From the NCBI RefSeq assembly GCF_009914755.1, contig NC_060925.1: a stretch of DNA of 64,000 bases; one strand, 5' to 3'. The notes under the pieces were generated by a model. That model was not told where the DNA came from. It saw only the letters and a list, made by a program, of their open reading frames with translations, and did no database searches. The position numbers were made by a program, and so were the translations under genes. Origin of the DNA: the human T2T-CHM13v2.0 reference genome, Homo sapiens. How positions within the stretch are numbered: the first letter of the stretch is position 1; every line of letters starts with the position of its first letter. Of this stretch, positions 1 through 15,252 are shown piece after piece.

Positions 1-431
1 TGAGGTTTTTCGCATCGATGTTCATTAGGGATATTGGCCTGAAACTTTCTTTTTTTGTTGTGTTCTGCCAGGTTTTGGTGTCAGGATGATGCTGGACTCA
101 TAAAATGAGTTAGGGAGGAGTCCCTCTTTTTCTATTGTTTGGAAGAGTTTCAAAAGGAATGGTACCAGCTCCTCTTTGTACCTCTGGTAGAATTTGGCTG
201 TGAATCCCTCTGATCCTGTGCTTTTTTTGGTTGGTAGGCTATTAATTACTGCCTCAATTTCAGAACTTGTTACTGGTCTATTCAGGAGTTCGACTTCTTC
301 CTGGTTTAGTCTTGGGAGGATGTATGTGTCCAGGAATTTATCCATTTCTTCTAGATTTTCTAGTTTATTTGTATAGAGGCATTTATGGTATTCTCTGAAG
401 GTAGTTTGTATTTCTGTGGGATCAGTGGTGA

Positions 432-918
<487 letters not shown>

Positions 919-3715
919 CTGTTCGGCTAGCTTTTGAATTTGTTTGCTCTTGCTTCTCTAGTTCTTTTAATTGTGACATTAGGTTGTCTATTTTAGATCT
1001 TTCCAGTTTTCCGATGTGGGCATTCAGTGCTATAAGCTTCCGTCTAAACACTGCTTTAGCTGTGTCCCAGAGATTCTGGTACATTTTGTCTTTGTTCTCA
1101 TTGGTTTCAAAGAACATCTTTATTTCTTCCTTAATTTCGTTATTTACCCAGTAGTCATTCAGGAGCAGGTTTTTCAGTTTCTAAGTAGTTGTGCAGTTTT
1201 GGGTGAGTTTCTTAATCCTGAGTTCCAATTTGATTGCACTGTGGTCCGAGAGAGCGTTTGTTATGATTTCCGTTCTTTTGCATTTGCTGAGGAGTGTTTT
1301 ATTTCCAATTATGTGGTTGATTTTAGAATAAGTGTGATGTGCTGAGAAGAATGTATATTCTGTTGATTTGGGGTGAATAGTTCAGTAGATGTCTATTAGG
1401 TCTGCTTGGTCCAGAGCTGAGTTCAAATCCTAAATATCCTTGTTAATTTTCTGTCTTGTTGATTTGCCTAATATTGACAGTGGGGTGTTATAGTCTCCCA
1501 CTATTATTGTGTGGGAATCTAAGTCTCTTTGTAGGTCTCTAAGAACTTGCTTTATGAATCTGGGTGCTCCTGTATTGGGTGCATACATATTTGGGATAGT
1601 TAGCTCTTGTTGCATGGATCCCTTTACCATTATGTAATGCCCTTCTTTGTCTCTTTTGATCTTTGTTGGTTTAAAGTCTGTTTTATCAGAGACTAAGATT
1701 GCAACCCCTGCCTTTTTTTTTCTTTCCATTTGCTTGGTAAATATTCCTCCATCCATTTATTTTGAGCCTGTGTGTGTCTCTTTGCACATGAGATGGGTCT
1801 CCTGAATACAGCACACCAAAAGGTCTTGACTCCTTTATCCAATTTGCCAGTCTGTGTCTTTTAATTGGGGTATTCAGCCCATTTACATTTAAGGTTAATA
1901 TTGTTATGTATTAATTATATCCTGTCATCATGATGCTAGCTGGTTATTTTGCACATTAGTCGATGCAGTTTCTTCATAGGGTTGTTGGTCTTTATATTTT
2001 GGTATGTCTTTGCAGTGGCTGGTACCAATTTTTCCTTTCCATATTTAATGCTTCCTTCAGGAGTAAGGCAGGCCTGTTGGTGACAAAATCCCTCAGCATT
2101 TGCTTGTCTGTAAAGGATTTTATTTCTCCCTCACTTCTGAAGCTTAGTTTGGATAGATTTGAAATTCTGGGTTGAAAATCCTTTTCTTTAAGAATGTTGA
2201 ATATTGGTCGCCTACTCTCTTCTGGCTTGAAGGGTTTCTGCAGAGATCTGCTGTGAGTCTGATGGGCTTCCTTTGTAGGTAGTCTGACCTTTCTCTCTGG
2301 CTGCCCTTAACATTTTTTCCTTCATTTCAACCTTAGAGAATCTGACGATCATGTGTCTTGTGATTGCTTTTCCCAAGGAGTATCTTAGTAGTGTTCTCTA
2401 TATTTCCTGAATTTGAAAGTTGGCCTCTCTTGCTAGGTTGCGGAGGTTCTCCTGGATAATATCCTGAAGTGTGTTTTCCAACTTGGTCCCATTCTCCCTG
2501 TCACTTTCAGGTATACCAGTCAATCATAGGTTTGGCCTTTTCACATAGTCTCATATTTCTTGGAAGCTTTGTTTGTTCCTTTTCATTCTTTTTTCTCTAA
2601 TTTTGTCTTTATGCTTTATTTCATTAAGTTGATCTTCAGTCTCTGATATCCGTTCTTCCACTTGATTGATTTGCTTATTGATACTTGTATATACTTCATG
2701 AAGTTCTCGTGCTGTGTTTTTCAGCTCCATCAGGTCATTTATGTTTTTCTCTAAACTGGTTATTCTAGTTAGCAGTTCCTGTAACCTTTTATCAATGCTC
2801 TTAGCTTCCTTGCATTGGGTTAGAAGATGGTCCTTTAGCTCAGAGGAGTTTGTTATTACCCACCTCCTGAAGCCTACTTCTGTCAATTCATCAAACTCAT
2901 TCTCTGTCCAGTTTTGTGCCCTTGTCAGAGAGGAGTTGTGATTATTTGGAGGAGAAGAAGCATTCTGGTTTTTGGAATTTTCAGCATTTTTGTACTGGTT
3001 TTTCCTCATCTTTGTGGATTTATCTACCTTTGATCTTTGATGCTGATGGCCTTTGGATGGGGTTTTTGGGTGAGCGTCCTTTTGGTTAATGTTCATGTTA
3101 TTGCTTTCTGTTTGTTAGTTTCCCTTCTAATAGTCAGGCCCCTCTTCTGCAGGTCTGCTGGAGTTTGCTAGAGGTCCACTCCAGACCCTGTTTGCCTGGT
3201 ATCACCAGCAGAGGCTGCAGAACAGCAAAGATTGCTGCCTGCTCCTTCCTCTGGAAACTTCCTCCCAGAGGGGCACCCACCTGATGCCAGCCAGAGCTCT
3301 CCTGTATGAGGTGTCTGTTGACTCCTACTGGGAGGTGTCTCCCGGTCAGAAGGCATGGGGGTCAGGGACCCACTTGAGGAGGCAGTCTGTCCCTTAGCAG
3401 AGCTTGAGCAGTGTGCTGGGAGATCTGCTGCTCTCTTCAGAGTCGGCAGGCAGGAACATTTAAGTTACTGAAGCTGCACCCACAGCTGCCCCTTCCCCCA
3501 GGTGCTCTGTCCCAGGGAGATGAGAGTTTTATCTATAAGCCCCTGACTGGGGCTGCTGCCTTTCTTTCAGAGATGCCCTGCCCAGTGAGGAGGAATCTAG
3601 AGAGGCAGTCTGGCCACAGCCGTTTTTCTGCGCTGCAGTGAGTTCTACACAGTCCGAACTTCCTGGCGGCTTCCTTAACACTGTGAGGGGAAAACCACCT
3701 ACTCAAGTCTCTGCC

Positions 3716-3976
3716 ATGGTGGATGCCCCTCCCCCCACCAAGCTCGATCATCCCAGGTGGACTTCAGACTGCTGTGCTGGCACTGAGAATTTCAAGCCAG
3801 TGGTTCTTAGCTTTCTGGGCTCTGTGGGAGTGGGACCCACTGACCAAGACCACTTGGCTCCCTGGCTTCAGCCCCCTTTGCAGGGAAGTGAACAGTTCTG
3901 TCTCACTGGAGTACAAAAAAAAACTCCTGCAGCTAGCTCAATGTCTGCCCAAACAGCCGCCTCGTTTCGTGCTTGA
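3716..3976 (+). other. ORF0-like antisense ORF (86 aa) in the L1 5'UTR
   Basis: gccATGg start; MVDAPPPTKLDHPRWTSDCCAG...SVGVGPT resembles L1HS ORF0 as recalled (MAGAPPP...SDCCAS...SVGVGPS). Confidence 0.6.
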
Positions 3977-4315
3977 AACCCAGGGCCCTGGTGGTGTAGG
4001 CACACGAGGGAATTTCCTGGTCTGCAGGTTGCAAAAGCTGTGGGAAAAGCATAGTATTTGGGCCAGGTAGCACAGTCCCTCATGGCTTCCCTTGGTTAGG
4101 GGAGGGAGTTCCCTGGCTCCTTGTGCTTCCTGGATGAGGCGCTGCCCCACCCTGCTTCTGCTCACCCTCCGCGAGCTGCACCCACTGTCTAACCAGTCCC
4201 AACGAGATTATCTGGGTACCTCAGTTGGAAATGGAGAAACCACCCACCTTCTGTGTTGGTGTTGCTGGGAGCTGCAGACCAGAGCTTTTCCTATTTGGGC
4301 ATCTTGCCAGCTCCC

Positions 4316-4900
4316 ACAAATCAATTTTAAAGACACAAACCCAACAGAGAAATGGGGAAAGACTTGAATAACCACTTCACAACAGAGGAAATCTATATGG
4401 CTTCTAAATGTATTAAAAAGAATGTTTAATCTCATAAAGCAATTGCTTTATGAGGTTGAAGTGAAGGGTAAAATCTTGAGTAGCCCTCCTATTTTTCGGA
4501 TGTCTTGTTCATTGTTGAGGTTGTGGATGATATATCCGGAGCATATGAATAGTATGGCTTTAAAGAAAGTGTGGGATTAAATAAACAGTGAAGTGACTTT
4601 ACACACCCAGGATATTGGAAAAATCTTATAAGCCTCATGACAAGTATTGGTGTGGACAGAAGAGAATGCATGTTATGTGATTCCATTCATACGAGGTTGC
4701 AAAAGTGGCAAAACTAAGCTATGTTGCTTAAAAATGCATTATTTAGTTGGTACAATCATTAAAAAGGAAAGGAAATCATCACAGATGTCAAGATGGTAGT
4801 CACTTTTGAGGATGGAGGGAGGGAGAGGTTTATCATCAGAGACACACAAGAAGGTTTTTGAGGTCCTGGTAATGTTCTGCTTTTTGCTTGGGTTGATTTG
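4316..4900 (+). mobile_element. Old L1M (L1ME-like) 3' fragment
   Basis: Degenerate 'aaatggggaaagacttgaataaccacttcac' and 3'UTR-like motifs; boundaries approximate. Confidence 0.6.
4431..4454. repeat. Perfect 24-bp palindrome
   Basis: CTCATAAAGCAA|TTGCTTTATGAG. Confidence 0.95.
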
Positions 4901-5639
4901 CTTGTAACTAAACAGAAAGGGTAAATGATCAGTTATGTCAAATGTTATTCATAGGTCAGTTAAGATGAGGGTAAGACTTGGCCATTGAGTTCAGCAAAGT
5001 GGAGACTATTGTTGAAACATAGCACATTGTCTCAGTGAATGGTTGGGGAAAAGATCTTATTTGAATAGGCTCAGGAGACAGTGAGAGGAGAATTGGAGAC
5101 TGTGTATGGCTCCAAAGAACTCTTCGGAGCAATTTTTATGTATAAAGGAGAAATGTGGTGAGAAGTGGGGGTGAGGGGGGATGTAGAAAGCTTTATATAA
5201 AATATACAGTATTAGGAGAATATAAAGATAAATTTTATGGAATGCGAAAAGTAATGGGGTGAAGGAAGGAAGATAACTTTATGTGTATTGGGTTGTATGG
5301 TTTTGTGGGGGGAGTGAAAATTTATAATACTTTGTAAAGAGAATTAACATTAAAACTATTTTCTAGTCTTAGAAATATATGGTAGAATTACACATACCAT
5401 TCATATCTGTCCATGAAAAGAATCATGGACAACATCCTGCTCAACACCACCTTGCAGAAAGAGAAAGCCAAAAGAGATTAAGTAGTTGCCTAAATTGTGC
5501 CGTTAATAATAATCACAGACCAAAACAGAGTTCCTCCTGCCCTTTCGATCAGTGCTGTTTTTATAGTATTATCTATAATATGGCTTGCTTTTAAATTGTT
5601 TTTTAGTCATTATGTTTTATAGTGGAGTTTATTTGGATA

Positions 5640-6068
5640 TCTCAATTAGCCTTTGCTGTATAACAGACTACCCTAAAACTTAGTGGCTTAAAATAGTGAT
5701 GTTTATTTCTCATGATTTCATGAGTTGGGCTCAGTCGGGACCATTCATGTGGCTATAATCATTGACAGCTCAACTGGAGCTGGAGGGGCTAAGATGGCCT
5801 CATTCATGTGTCTGGGGCCTTGCTGCTTTTTGTTGGCTTGGGCTCTCTTTATCACTCAGTAGTCTAGCCTGGACTTCCTTGCATGGTAGCAGGAGCATTC
5901 CAAGAGGGTGAATATGGAAGTCTAGATCCCTAAACTTGGACAACATCACAGCCTTTACATTAAATTAATCAAAGCATATCATCAATCCAGTCCAAATTCA
6001 AGGGATGAGGCAACAGGCCCCACCTCTTAGGAGGTGCAGAATATCGTCATCATATTTTTTCCATCTGT
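5640..6068. mobile_element. MLT1-type (MaLR) solo LTR
   Basis: 'ccctaaaacttagtggcttaaaa' and 'aagatggcctcattcatgtgtctgg' motifs typical of MLT1. Confidence 0.7.
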
Positions 6069-6107
6069 CATAGATAATTACAAATTATAATTTTAATCCT
6101 TGAATTT

Positions 6108-6331
6108 CCTTTTTTTTTTAAGAGACAGGATCTCACTCTGTCGTCAAGGCTGGAGTGCAGTGGTGCTGCAATGATAACCCACTGCATCACTGCATCCTTC
6201 AACTCCTGGTCTCAAATTATCTTCCCACCTCAGCCTCACGAGTGGCTAGGACTACTGGTGTGCATCACTATACCTGGCTAATTTTAAAAATTTTTTTATA
6301 GAGACGAGGTCTTACTATGTTGCCCAGGCTT
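6108..6331 (-). mobile_element. AluJ, 5'-truncated
   Basis: Poly-T, right arm and part of the left arm; diverged. Confidence 0.85.
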
Positions 6332-6789
6332 GAGTTAATGTCTAATGTTAACTTTTATTTAATATGGAGCTAAGAAGCTGTTGATTCAGAGAATCTAACA
6401 ATGTAGTTTTGGTCAATAATGAGAAATATAAAAATTTGAAAATAAAAAACGTATTAAAAATTAAAGGAAAAAAGCTGTTTTCCAGATTTTATATCCTCTA
6501 TGATGTAAAACAGGTAAAGAAATGCTTATTTTTAGAAAAAAAAATTGGGTTAAAAAATGGGGGAGAAAATTCAATATAGTCTTTGTTGCACAGAATGTTG
6601 ACATAATCATTATTTTCTCAGATTATTACCATTAATTTGTTATCATAATCTTTGTTTTTTTTGTGCATGTTACAGAATATAATAGAATGTAATGTGACTA
6701 AAAACAGTAGGAGCAATTAAGAGTTTCCCATGAATTAACTTACAGTAATAATAAGAGCATATTGCCAGGCACTGTCCTAAATGCATTTG

Positions 6790-7560
6790 TTTACAATTTC
6801 ACTTAATTTATTTGACAGCTATGTATATTCAGCACCTACTGTGATCTTTGCACTGTGTCAAGACTTGGGGCTATTACTCTGAATCAAATCGACATGGTTT
6901 CTGCATGTTGCCATACCCTAGATAGAAATCAGGGAAGGTTCTCTAAAGGAACTTTCTAAGCCAGGACCTGAAGGATGAGTAGAAGTTAGCTGAGGTGAGA
7001 GTGGGAAAGGGAGTAGGAAGTCCTCTGGGGACATGACAACGACCTTGAAAGTATGTGAGTGAAAGGAACATTAAAATAATTGAAAAATATATGTAGTATA
7101 CTAAAGCCTAATGTGAAAGGAATGAGGCAAGAAAGAATTTGGGGAGGTTGCCAGGGGCCAGATCACAAAGGGCTTTGTAAAATGTGTTGTTATAGAATCT
7201 GGATTTTATGCCAAGGATCATGGGAAGCCATTGATAGGTTTAGAGAGAGATTTTGTTTGTTTCCTCAGACTGTGTTTTAGAAAAGTCACTGACTGCAGTG
7301 ACTAGGAGGAGTGTAGCTGGGAAGAAGTAAAGGTTGACCTAGGGGTACCAACAATAAAGGTCCTAGATAATGATATGAATTCAGTGATTATGGGAATGAA
7401 AAGAAGTATTTAGAAATACTTATGAGGTAGATTTGGTGACTGGATGTGGAGTAGAGGGAAGAGCCCAAGACGACTGACTCTCAGATTTCCTACCTGGAGT
7501 GCTATTACTGAATAGGGGCCTAAGTGGAGGAACAGGTTTGAGAAGGAAAGTGTTCTTGTC
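6790..7560. mobile_element. L2 fragment
   Basis: 'gacctgaaggatgagtagaagttagc' and 'tgggaagccattg' L2-like motifs; approximate. Confidence 0.6.
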
Positions 7561-8192
7561 CTAGACTTGCAACCAATTCCCAGTGAAAATCCTGTATCTC
7601 TTTGTATTATCTAGTATTTGAAATGACATTGTGTAAAAGTGACTCTTGTTTAGTAAAATTCAGTCAAATGTAGCAATGCTGCCATAACCTGAATTTACAC
7701 CTTGAAGCTGAAAGATTGTACTTTAGCATTTAGTGATCTGTTACTGTAGTTAATTTTATGAAACAATTTACTTACTGCTTAATTTTTAAAAATTACTTGA
7801 AGAGAATAATGGCTAAGAAGCCATATGTGAATACCTATCTTAAGCCTTTTATTCACATATAAAGTAACTTTATAACCAGTGTTTGTCCAACTTTTAAAAA
7901 TAAAGTTCATTAAAATAACTTATAAAAAATATTATTTTTTGTCTTTCATGACTCTAGTAAGTAGAATGTTTACATTTATGCTAGAGATGAAAAAATTAAG
8001 TAGGATAACTACTTTAAAATAAGTCTCTTTCACCAGGTGTGCACATGTATCAAAACATGTTGTATGCTATAAATATATACAATTTTATCTGTGAATTTTA
8101 CCTTAATAAAGTTGGGGCAGGGGAATGAAACATCTCTTATGTGTTCTCTACAAACTGAATATTCTTTTACTTTGAATATTTTGTAAGTTTAA

Positions 8193-8393
<201 letters not shown>

Positions 8394-9739
8394 TGAACGA
8401 CTGGAATTATTTCAGAGGGAATTTGACCAGTAAAGTACCACTTTTTGAAAAACTTTTTTTCCTCTCTGTTTTTGAGAAAATTTTCTTTTGATGGGGAGAT
8501 TTGTAATTTATTAATTAAAATGGGATTAAATAATAAGCAAAAAAAATCCATCATATTTTAAAGTTGATTGTGAACAGTATACTAAAAATCAGCCAGACTG
8601 GCCAGTTTATATATTTCATAGTAATTCACATTCATCATGTGAACTCAGTGAGTATTTGTTGATTGCATTTTATTTGTGGTTGGAATTCAAAATCTGTACT
8701 TTAAAAAACTTACATGTACCTTGACTATCCTGGAAAAAAGAGAATATAAAATTTGGGGAGAAAACAACAAAAACAGAATAATTGGTTTTCTTTTCATTTC
8801 TGTTTCCTCTACCCACTTGATTCCATTGATATTTGATATTTAAGATCAATTTCCATTTTTAAATGACTCTGTTAGATCTATTTTTCCCCTTATGTAACAT
8901 ACCCTTCCCTGGCAAGCTTATCCACTTCCATAGCACCCTACGCTATGGTCCATTATTGCTTTTTCATACTATTATAATTGCCTGTTTATAAGCTCTGTGA
9001 TAGTAATGGTCATGTCTTTCTTACTTGATATTATCTTCAGTGCCTAAAGATAGTGTTCAATAAATATCTAACCTGGAATTCAGCGTATCTAAATATGCAT
9101 TTGTGTTCTATCCAAAAGAGAAATTCTTCATCATTTCTCTCTTTAGCAGCACCATGATCTCAGAACAGTGAAATCATTATTTACTTTCTCCTTTTTCTCA
9201 CATTTCACATCCATTTGCCAAATCTCATCATTTCTTCTTTTGTAGCTGCATTCACAATACCCTTCTTTCACTTTCACCACCTCATTGTAGGCCCACTAGA
9301 AGAGCTCATGTGTGGACTATTGCTGTTGATCTCATTTGTTCCCATTTCTTCCACCCTGCCCATTGCTACCATGCTAGTCTTCTTCAAGAGCAGCTTTATC
9401 ATGTCTCTCTCCTATTCAGAACTTTCAATGATTTCCTTTCATCTGCTAAGTTTAACCTAACTACCTTTTCTGGGCTTAGCGCCCATGACTCATTCATTTG
9501 TTCATTCGTTTTATCCTGTTTTATTCATTAAACAACCATTTATTAAGTACCTACTATGTGCCAAGTACTAAAAGAGAATCTCGGAATACTGTAATGAACA
9601 AGATTAAAGTGCTTTTGAAGTTTTTTTTTGTTTGTTTTTGTTTTTTTTTAAGAAGCCCTCTCCCCTTAAATGATGAAGATGCTCTACATTTTCTTCCACT
9701 AAATATAAGAGCTTGGTATGGACGAAGTGGCATATTACT

Positions 9740-10640
9740 TATTATTAATTGCTGTGTGCTCAATTCAAAGAAAATGCAAATTAAAATAGTTGTACATTAT
9801 TTCACATCCATAGATTGGCAACAATTTTACAGTCTGATAATTGCAAGAAATGGAAACTCCCATACACTGCTGGCAAGACTATAAAATGGTATAATCCTTC
9901 TGGAGAGCATCGTGGCAGTAGCTGGTAAATTTGAAGATATACATAACTCTGACCTAGCAGTGCCCCTCTCTAGACATCTACTCAGGAAAAACTGTTGCCC
10001 ATATGCATATGTAGACACATATGGGAATATTTGTTATAGTGTGAAACAGTGACAGAATGGAAACAACTCTCCTTTAGTAGAATGAATAACATACATTTTA
10101 ATTTGTTCATAAAAATGGACTGCTATACAGCAGTTCAATGTACTGGATTTATAGGTATCAAATTAATAGGTCTTAAGAGGCATAAAAAGTATAAAATTAT
10201 ATAAAGGTATAAAATTGTATAAAAAGAAAGTTACAAAAGGATATGTACATTATACTATTTATGAAAAAATATGTGAAATATTGTGAAAATACTCTGTGAA
10301 GCTTTTATGAAAACAATAGTATTTACGTGTTATAGATGCATATATACATATCCTAGATGTATATTCAGGAGGAAAGACACATATCAACTTCAGGACAGCT
10401 CAGGGAGGGAGTGGCTATAGGGACAGGAAGTTAGAGCTTTAATTGTAGATGTGGCCATATATGTATATATCCTTAAAGAGAAAAAAAGGGAGATTTGAAA
10501 GCAATCTAGCAATAATATCTAGATGATGTATATATAAATACATGTACATATACTTATATAAGTAAATTTTATATAGATATTTCTAATACTATTCTGATAC
10601 TACAGTCTGTAATTTTATATGTTTGAAATATTGAATAGTT
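9740..10640 (+). mobile_element. Old L1M 3' fragment
   Basis: 'aatgcaaattaaaa', 'catacactgctgg', 'tgacctagcag' motifs; approximate. Confidence 0.6.
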
Positions 10641-10819
10641 GGCATTTCTGCAAAAATGAAAAAGCCTTCAGAAAATAAAAAAAACTTCAAAACAGCTCTA
10701 AAACAATGAAAATCTTTGTCAGTAACTATAGTTAGGGTTCACAAACCTTGGAATTGTATACTGTATCTGAAAACTTGGTATTTACCAACATCTCAAGAAA
10801 AAATAGATCTAATTTATTT

Positions 10820-10981
10820 TATTTATTTATTTATTTTTATTATTATTATACTTTAAGTTCTAGGGTACATGTGCACAACATGCAGGTTTGTTACATATGT
10901 ATACATGTGCCATGTTGGTGTGCTGCACCCATTAACTCATCATTTACATTAGGTATATCTCCTAATGCTATCCCTCCCCCC
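10820..10981 (-). mobile_element. Very short 5'-truncated L1PA4/5-like insertion (3'UTR end only)
   Basis: L1PA 3' end with (TTTA)n tail; perfect 15-bp TSD AGATCTAATTTATTT at 10805-10819 and 10982-10996. Confidence 0.92.
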
Positions 10982-11429
10982 AGATCTAATTTATTTATAA
11001 ACAATGCTAATTTTTTTTTAATCTGAGCCCCATAATTATCTTTTTAAACAAGGAAACTGCCCAAAATTATTATGAAGTCCTAAAATCTTTTCAGTGATTA
11101 TGGATGGCAGTTATCATATCCTGCATTTTTATATTTTCCCCTTAGAAAAAGGTTAAATTTTCTCGAGTTATATAATAATTACCAAGAATTCTCAGTAAGA
11201 TGTGTTTCTAGTAGTACTACTACCTTACTTAGAAAAAGTGGACTTTTTATTTCTGTCATGGTATATCCAGTTTCCTTGATACTCTGATTAATGGGCATAA
11301 TTCAGGAAAAATAGAGACCCTCGAACCTCCTAATCCCCAGCCAAATCTCTGTTTGGTGTATTTCTGTGCCGGCTGCCCCAGAGAAGCGTGACTGGCTTTT
11401 TCATTGGTTCTTTGCTTTACTTCTGAGCT

Positions 11430-11460
11430 AGAAAGTTTGCAGAAAGTTTGCAGAAAGTTT
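11430..11460. repeat. Tandem 11-mer (AGAAAGTTTGC) x2.8
   Basis: Read directly. Confidence 0.9.
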
Positions 11461-12665
11461 AGTCTGTTTTCATACAAATCTTTGCATCCATCTGTATGAC
11501 TGGAGTAACTCCATTTCAAATATGGATTTGGAAACAAGGGAGTAGGTGAGTAGGGAGAGACAGGATGTCATTGAAAAGTTTTTTAGTTTCATTTTATTGT
11601 TTTGTCTTCATTATTTTAATGACAATTACTGCTGAAAGTCAAACTTCCAAAGAATTCATGTTAAATGTTTTCCCCCTCAAAACATGCACAATTTAAGGTA
11701 AACTATGTAATGTCTAGATTTGTCTCAGCATTATGGGGAAGAACCTATGCTATTTTCTATCTAGGAAAAAACAATCAATTATCTACCTCATTAATTTACC
11801 TTAGGTGAATGAGCATCTTAATTACTTCCTTAGGAGCTAAGGAATTTGATTAGAAAATATGATTTTAGAAAAATCATGAGTATTTTACTCTCTAATCATA
11901 TATATATTTCTCTAACGTTAGCATAATGATTAATAGAATGTCAAAAGTAGTAGGAACCACAAACTGTTAATGTGGCTAGACCTGTTGAGTGCTTTCCCAT
12001 ATTATTTGGCGGCCTAGTGGGAACTGCATGACAAATTGAGAAGATACTCAATTGTTTTCATTCTTTTCTGGAACATTTATTTTTACTGCAAAAATTACAG
12101 ATTCTCAAGAGAAAGTTAAAGTATTTCTTGCTTTCCTGAGAGTAAGCCAATACTGAATTATCCTGCTAATGTCTCTGTTTGTTCAATAAATTGTCAGATA
12201 AAATAATAGAATGCTCAGAAAAACTTTTAAAAATTACCCTTACATAAAAAGCCTACATTTTTATATGATCTGGTTAGTTCTTAGCTTAACCTTTACCTAC
12301 ATACTTCCTCATTTTACCAAAATAGTTCATTATGTTACACATTAGAACAAAATTATTTCAGTTAGTTTTATCCTCATTTACCCCCACCTTTTATGCCAAT
12401 TAGTCTTACATGACAGCATCAATGCATTTAAATTCACAAATTATGTCCTAATTCAGAACCCATGTAAGGCAATCCCTGTAGGAATGAATAATCTACTTAC
12501 ATACAGTCAACTTCCTGGCCTTAAACAAATAGTATTAAGATATTAGATAATATATGTGAAGAGCACTTGAGAAATTAGTTCTTTCCCCTATTTCTGCTCT
12601 TTCTTCTCGTAAGATGAGTGCTTTGAGCGCTTTGGCCTCCTTTTGGCCAATGGTAGATATTTCAA

Positions 12666-12968
12666 TTTTTTTTTTTTTTTTTTTTTTTTTGAGGCAGAGT
12701 CTCTGTCACCCAGGCTGGAGTGTAGTGGCGCAATCTCAGCTCATTGGAACCTCTGCCTCCTAGATTCAAGTGATTTTCCTGCCTCAGTCTCCCGAGTAAC
12801 TGGGATTCACAGGCATGTGCTACCATACCTGGCTAATTTTTGTGTTTTTAGTAGAGATGGGTTTTGCCGTGTTGGCCAAGCTGATCTGAAACTCCTGACC
12901 TCAAATGATTCACCCATCTCGACCTCCCAAAGTGCTGGGATTACAAGTGTGAGCCACCATGCCCACCC
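12666..12968 (-). mobile_element. AluSx-like
   Basis: Full dimer; TSD atggtagatatttcaa at 12650-12665 and 12971-12986. Confidence 0.92.
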
Positions 12969-13087
12969 CTATGGTAGATATTTCAAAACTTCTTTGTGAA
13001 AAACAGGGCAGAGACATACACTAGGTCAAATTGCTCTGACTCTCACTGCAACATTAGTAATTTCAGCTGCTATTTTATTCACTTCAG

Positions 13088-13297
13088 GAAACTTCTATGG
13101 AACTCCCAAGCCTCCAGCAGAACCCAGCCCTTTTCAGCCAGATCCAGTTGATCAAGTCCTCTTTGATAATGAGTTTGATGCAGAATCTCAAAGAAAACGA
13201 ACGACATCTGTCAGCAAGATGGAAAGAATGGATAGCTCTCTTCCTGAAGAGGAAGAAGATGAGGACAAGGAAGCTATTAATGGCAGTGGAAACGCAG
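13088..13297 (+). CDS. MAGI3: MAGI3 coding exon (210 nt, phase 1-1; provisional exon 4), GK end and acidic linker
   Basis: ttcacttcag| acceptor, CAG|gtttgt donor; [70 protein letters not shown], in frame with both neighbours. Confidence 0.96.
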
Positions 13298-14880
13298 GTT
13301 TGTAAATAGATGAACAACTTCTAACTGATCTTCTAGATTGATTTTACTATTACGTTGAATTAAAAGCACTAAAATTTTTTACAAAGCATATGGAGAGCAA
13401 GTGATGGGATTTTAATTTTTTTGTAAAGGTTGTATGTGGAGCAAAGTGTATTTCTGTAGACCATCCTATAAGCTAAAGTGAGTTGTCCCAATTTGGATAA
13501 ATCAATGATAAACTATCATTAGTAATAAAATATATGCCATTACCCTGCTGTTTAAAATATTTGAGATTTGCCTCTGATGTTGCAATGTGGGAGTCTTGTT
13601 GGCCTATGTCTTACTTTACAGGATGTAAACAATATATGGATGTTTTAGAATGTAGACTTCAGCCTAAACAAAGTAAATAGGGCTTGAAAGTATGCTGATA
13701 AAAATTATCTAAAAGGTTGGTTTATAATATTTTGAATTTAAATTTTGGATTCACTCAAAGAAAAATTTCAAATATGAGACCCTTCATTAAATGTAAAACC
13801 AACAGAAATTCAGTGGTGAAGAATCTGCTCCTTTTGAGTAGCCCTAATTAATGTGGTGATTGCTTAGAGGGTTATTAGACTTATAACTGAGAGTATAACT
13901 AGGAAACCATAGAATCACAGCTGAGCTTATTCAATGGTATTCATTGCAAAAATTCCATTCAGAACACTAGAATGTAAACTTCATAGGGCTGAAGTTTTCC
14001 TTTTTTTATGTACTGTTCTATCCCTTCCATCAAAAACATGCCTGGCATGTAATAGGAACTAAAATCCTCAAATTTGCAGAACACATTTCCTTATCATTTT
14101 CCCAAAGCACCCTAATCTTTTTCATCAATTATTAAAATGTGATATGTATATTTATTGAGTTAATACATTCATTGTTTATGTCCCACTCCAGAGTGTGAGT
14201 TCTGTTTTATAGTCCTATCTTTCACATAATACGTTTAATGTTAAATGGATTACCCCAATGTATTTAAATGTAAATACTAAAAACAGGTTTTAAAAGGTTT
14301 AGGTGAATTCACATCTAATTTTTAGGAGTTCCTAAGGGAACTCATCACACCGTTGAGCCTTTTAATGTTGATATCAGCTTTGCTATCCCACAAAATTAAG
14401 TCTGTTAACATTTAAAAATGCTAAACAGTAGGATTGGAGACCATGAATCTTTCCCAATATGGGAATTTATATGTTCTTGATTTAAGGGAAAAGAAAATGT
14501 TCTTTTTTTACTTCCTAATACAGAGCCTTTAATTGATCACTGCAGTTCTTTTGGCGGTAAACTTGTTTGTAATCTCTATAGTTGATGCTTCATGTAAGTC
14601 ACTTGTTAAACTGATGTTATATACTCTTTGATGTTAATATTTAAAGGGAATATATCCAAGGGTGTGTGGGAGGCAGTTCGTATACTACCTCTTATGTATA
14701 GATACCATAGGACACTTACATTGAATTACATATTTCTTTGTCATAGAAAATATACAGGACATTTAAGTGAAAAAATACAAAGCACCTGCCTACAAACAGA
14801 ATTCACCTTCTGAATAAGTATGAACTGTAGTTGTTAGTTAACTAATCAAAGTTGGGGAAATATGCTTTGTGTGTTGCTTT

Positions 14881-15252
<372 letters not shown>

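Noticed and set aside
13097-13309. 70-aa ORF over exon 4
   Set aside because: Wrong frame; the spliced MAGI3 frame is GNFYGTPKP...
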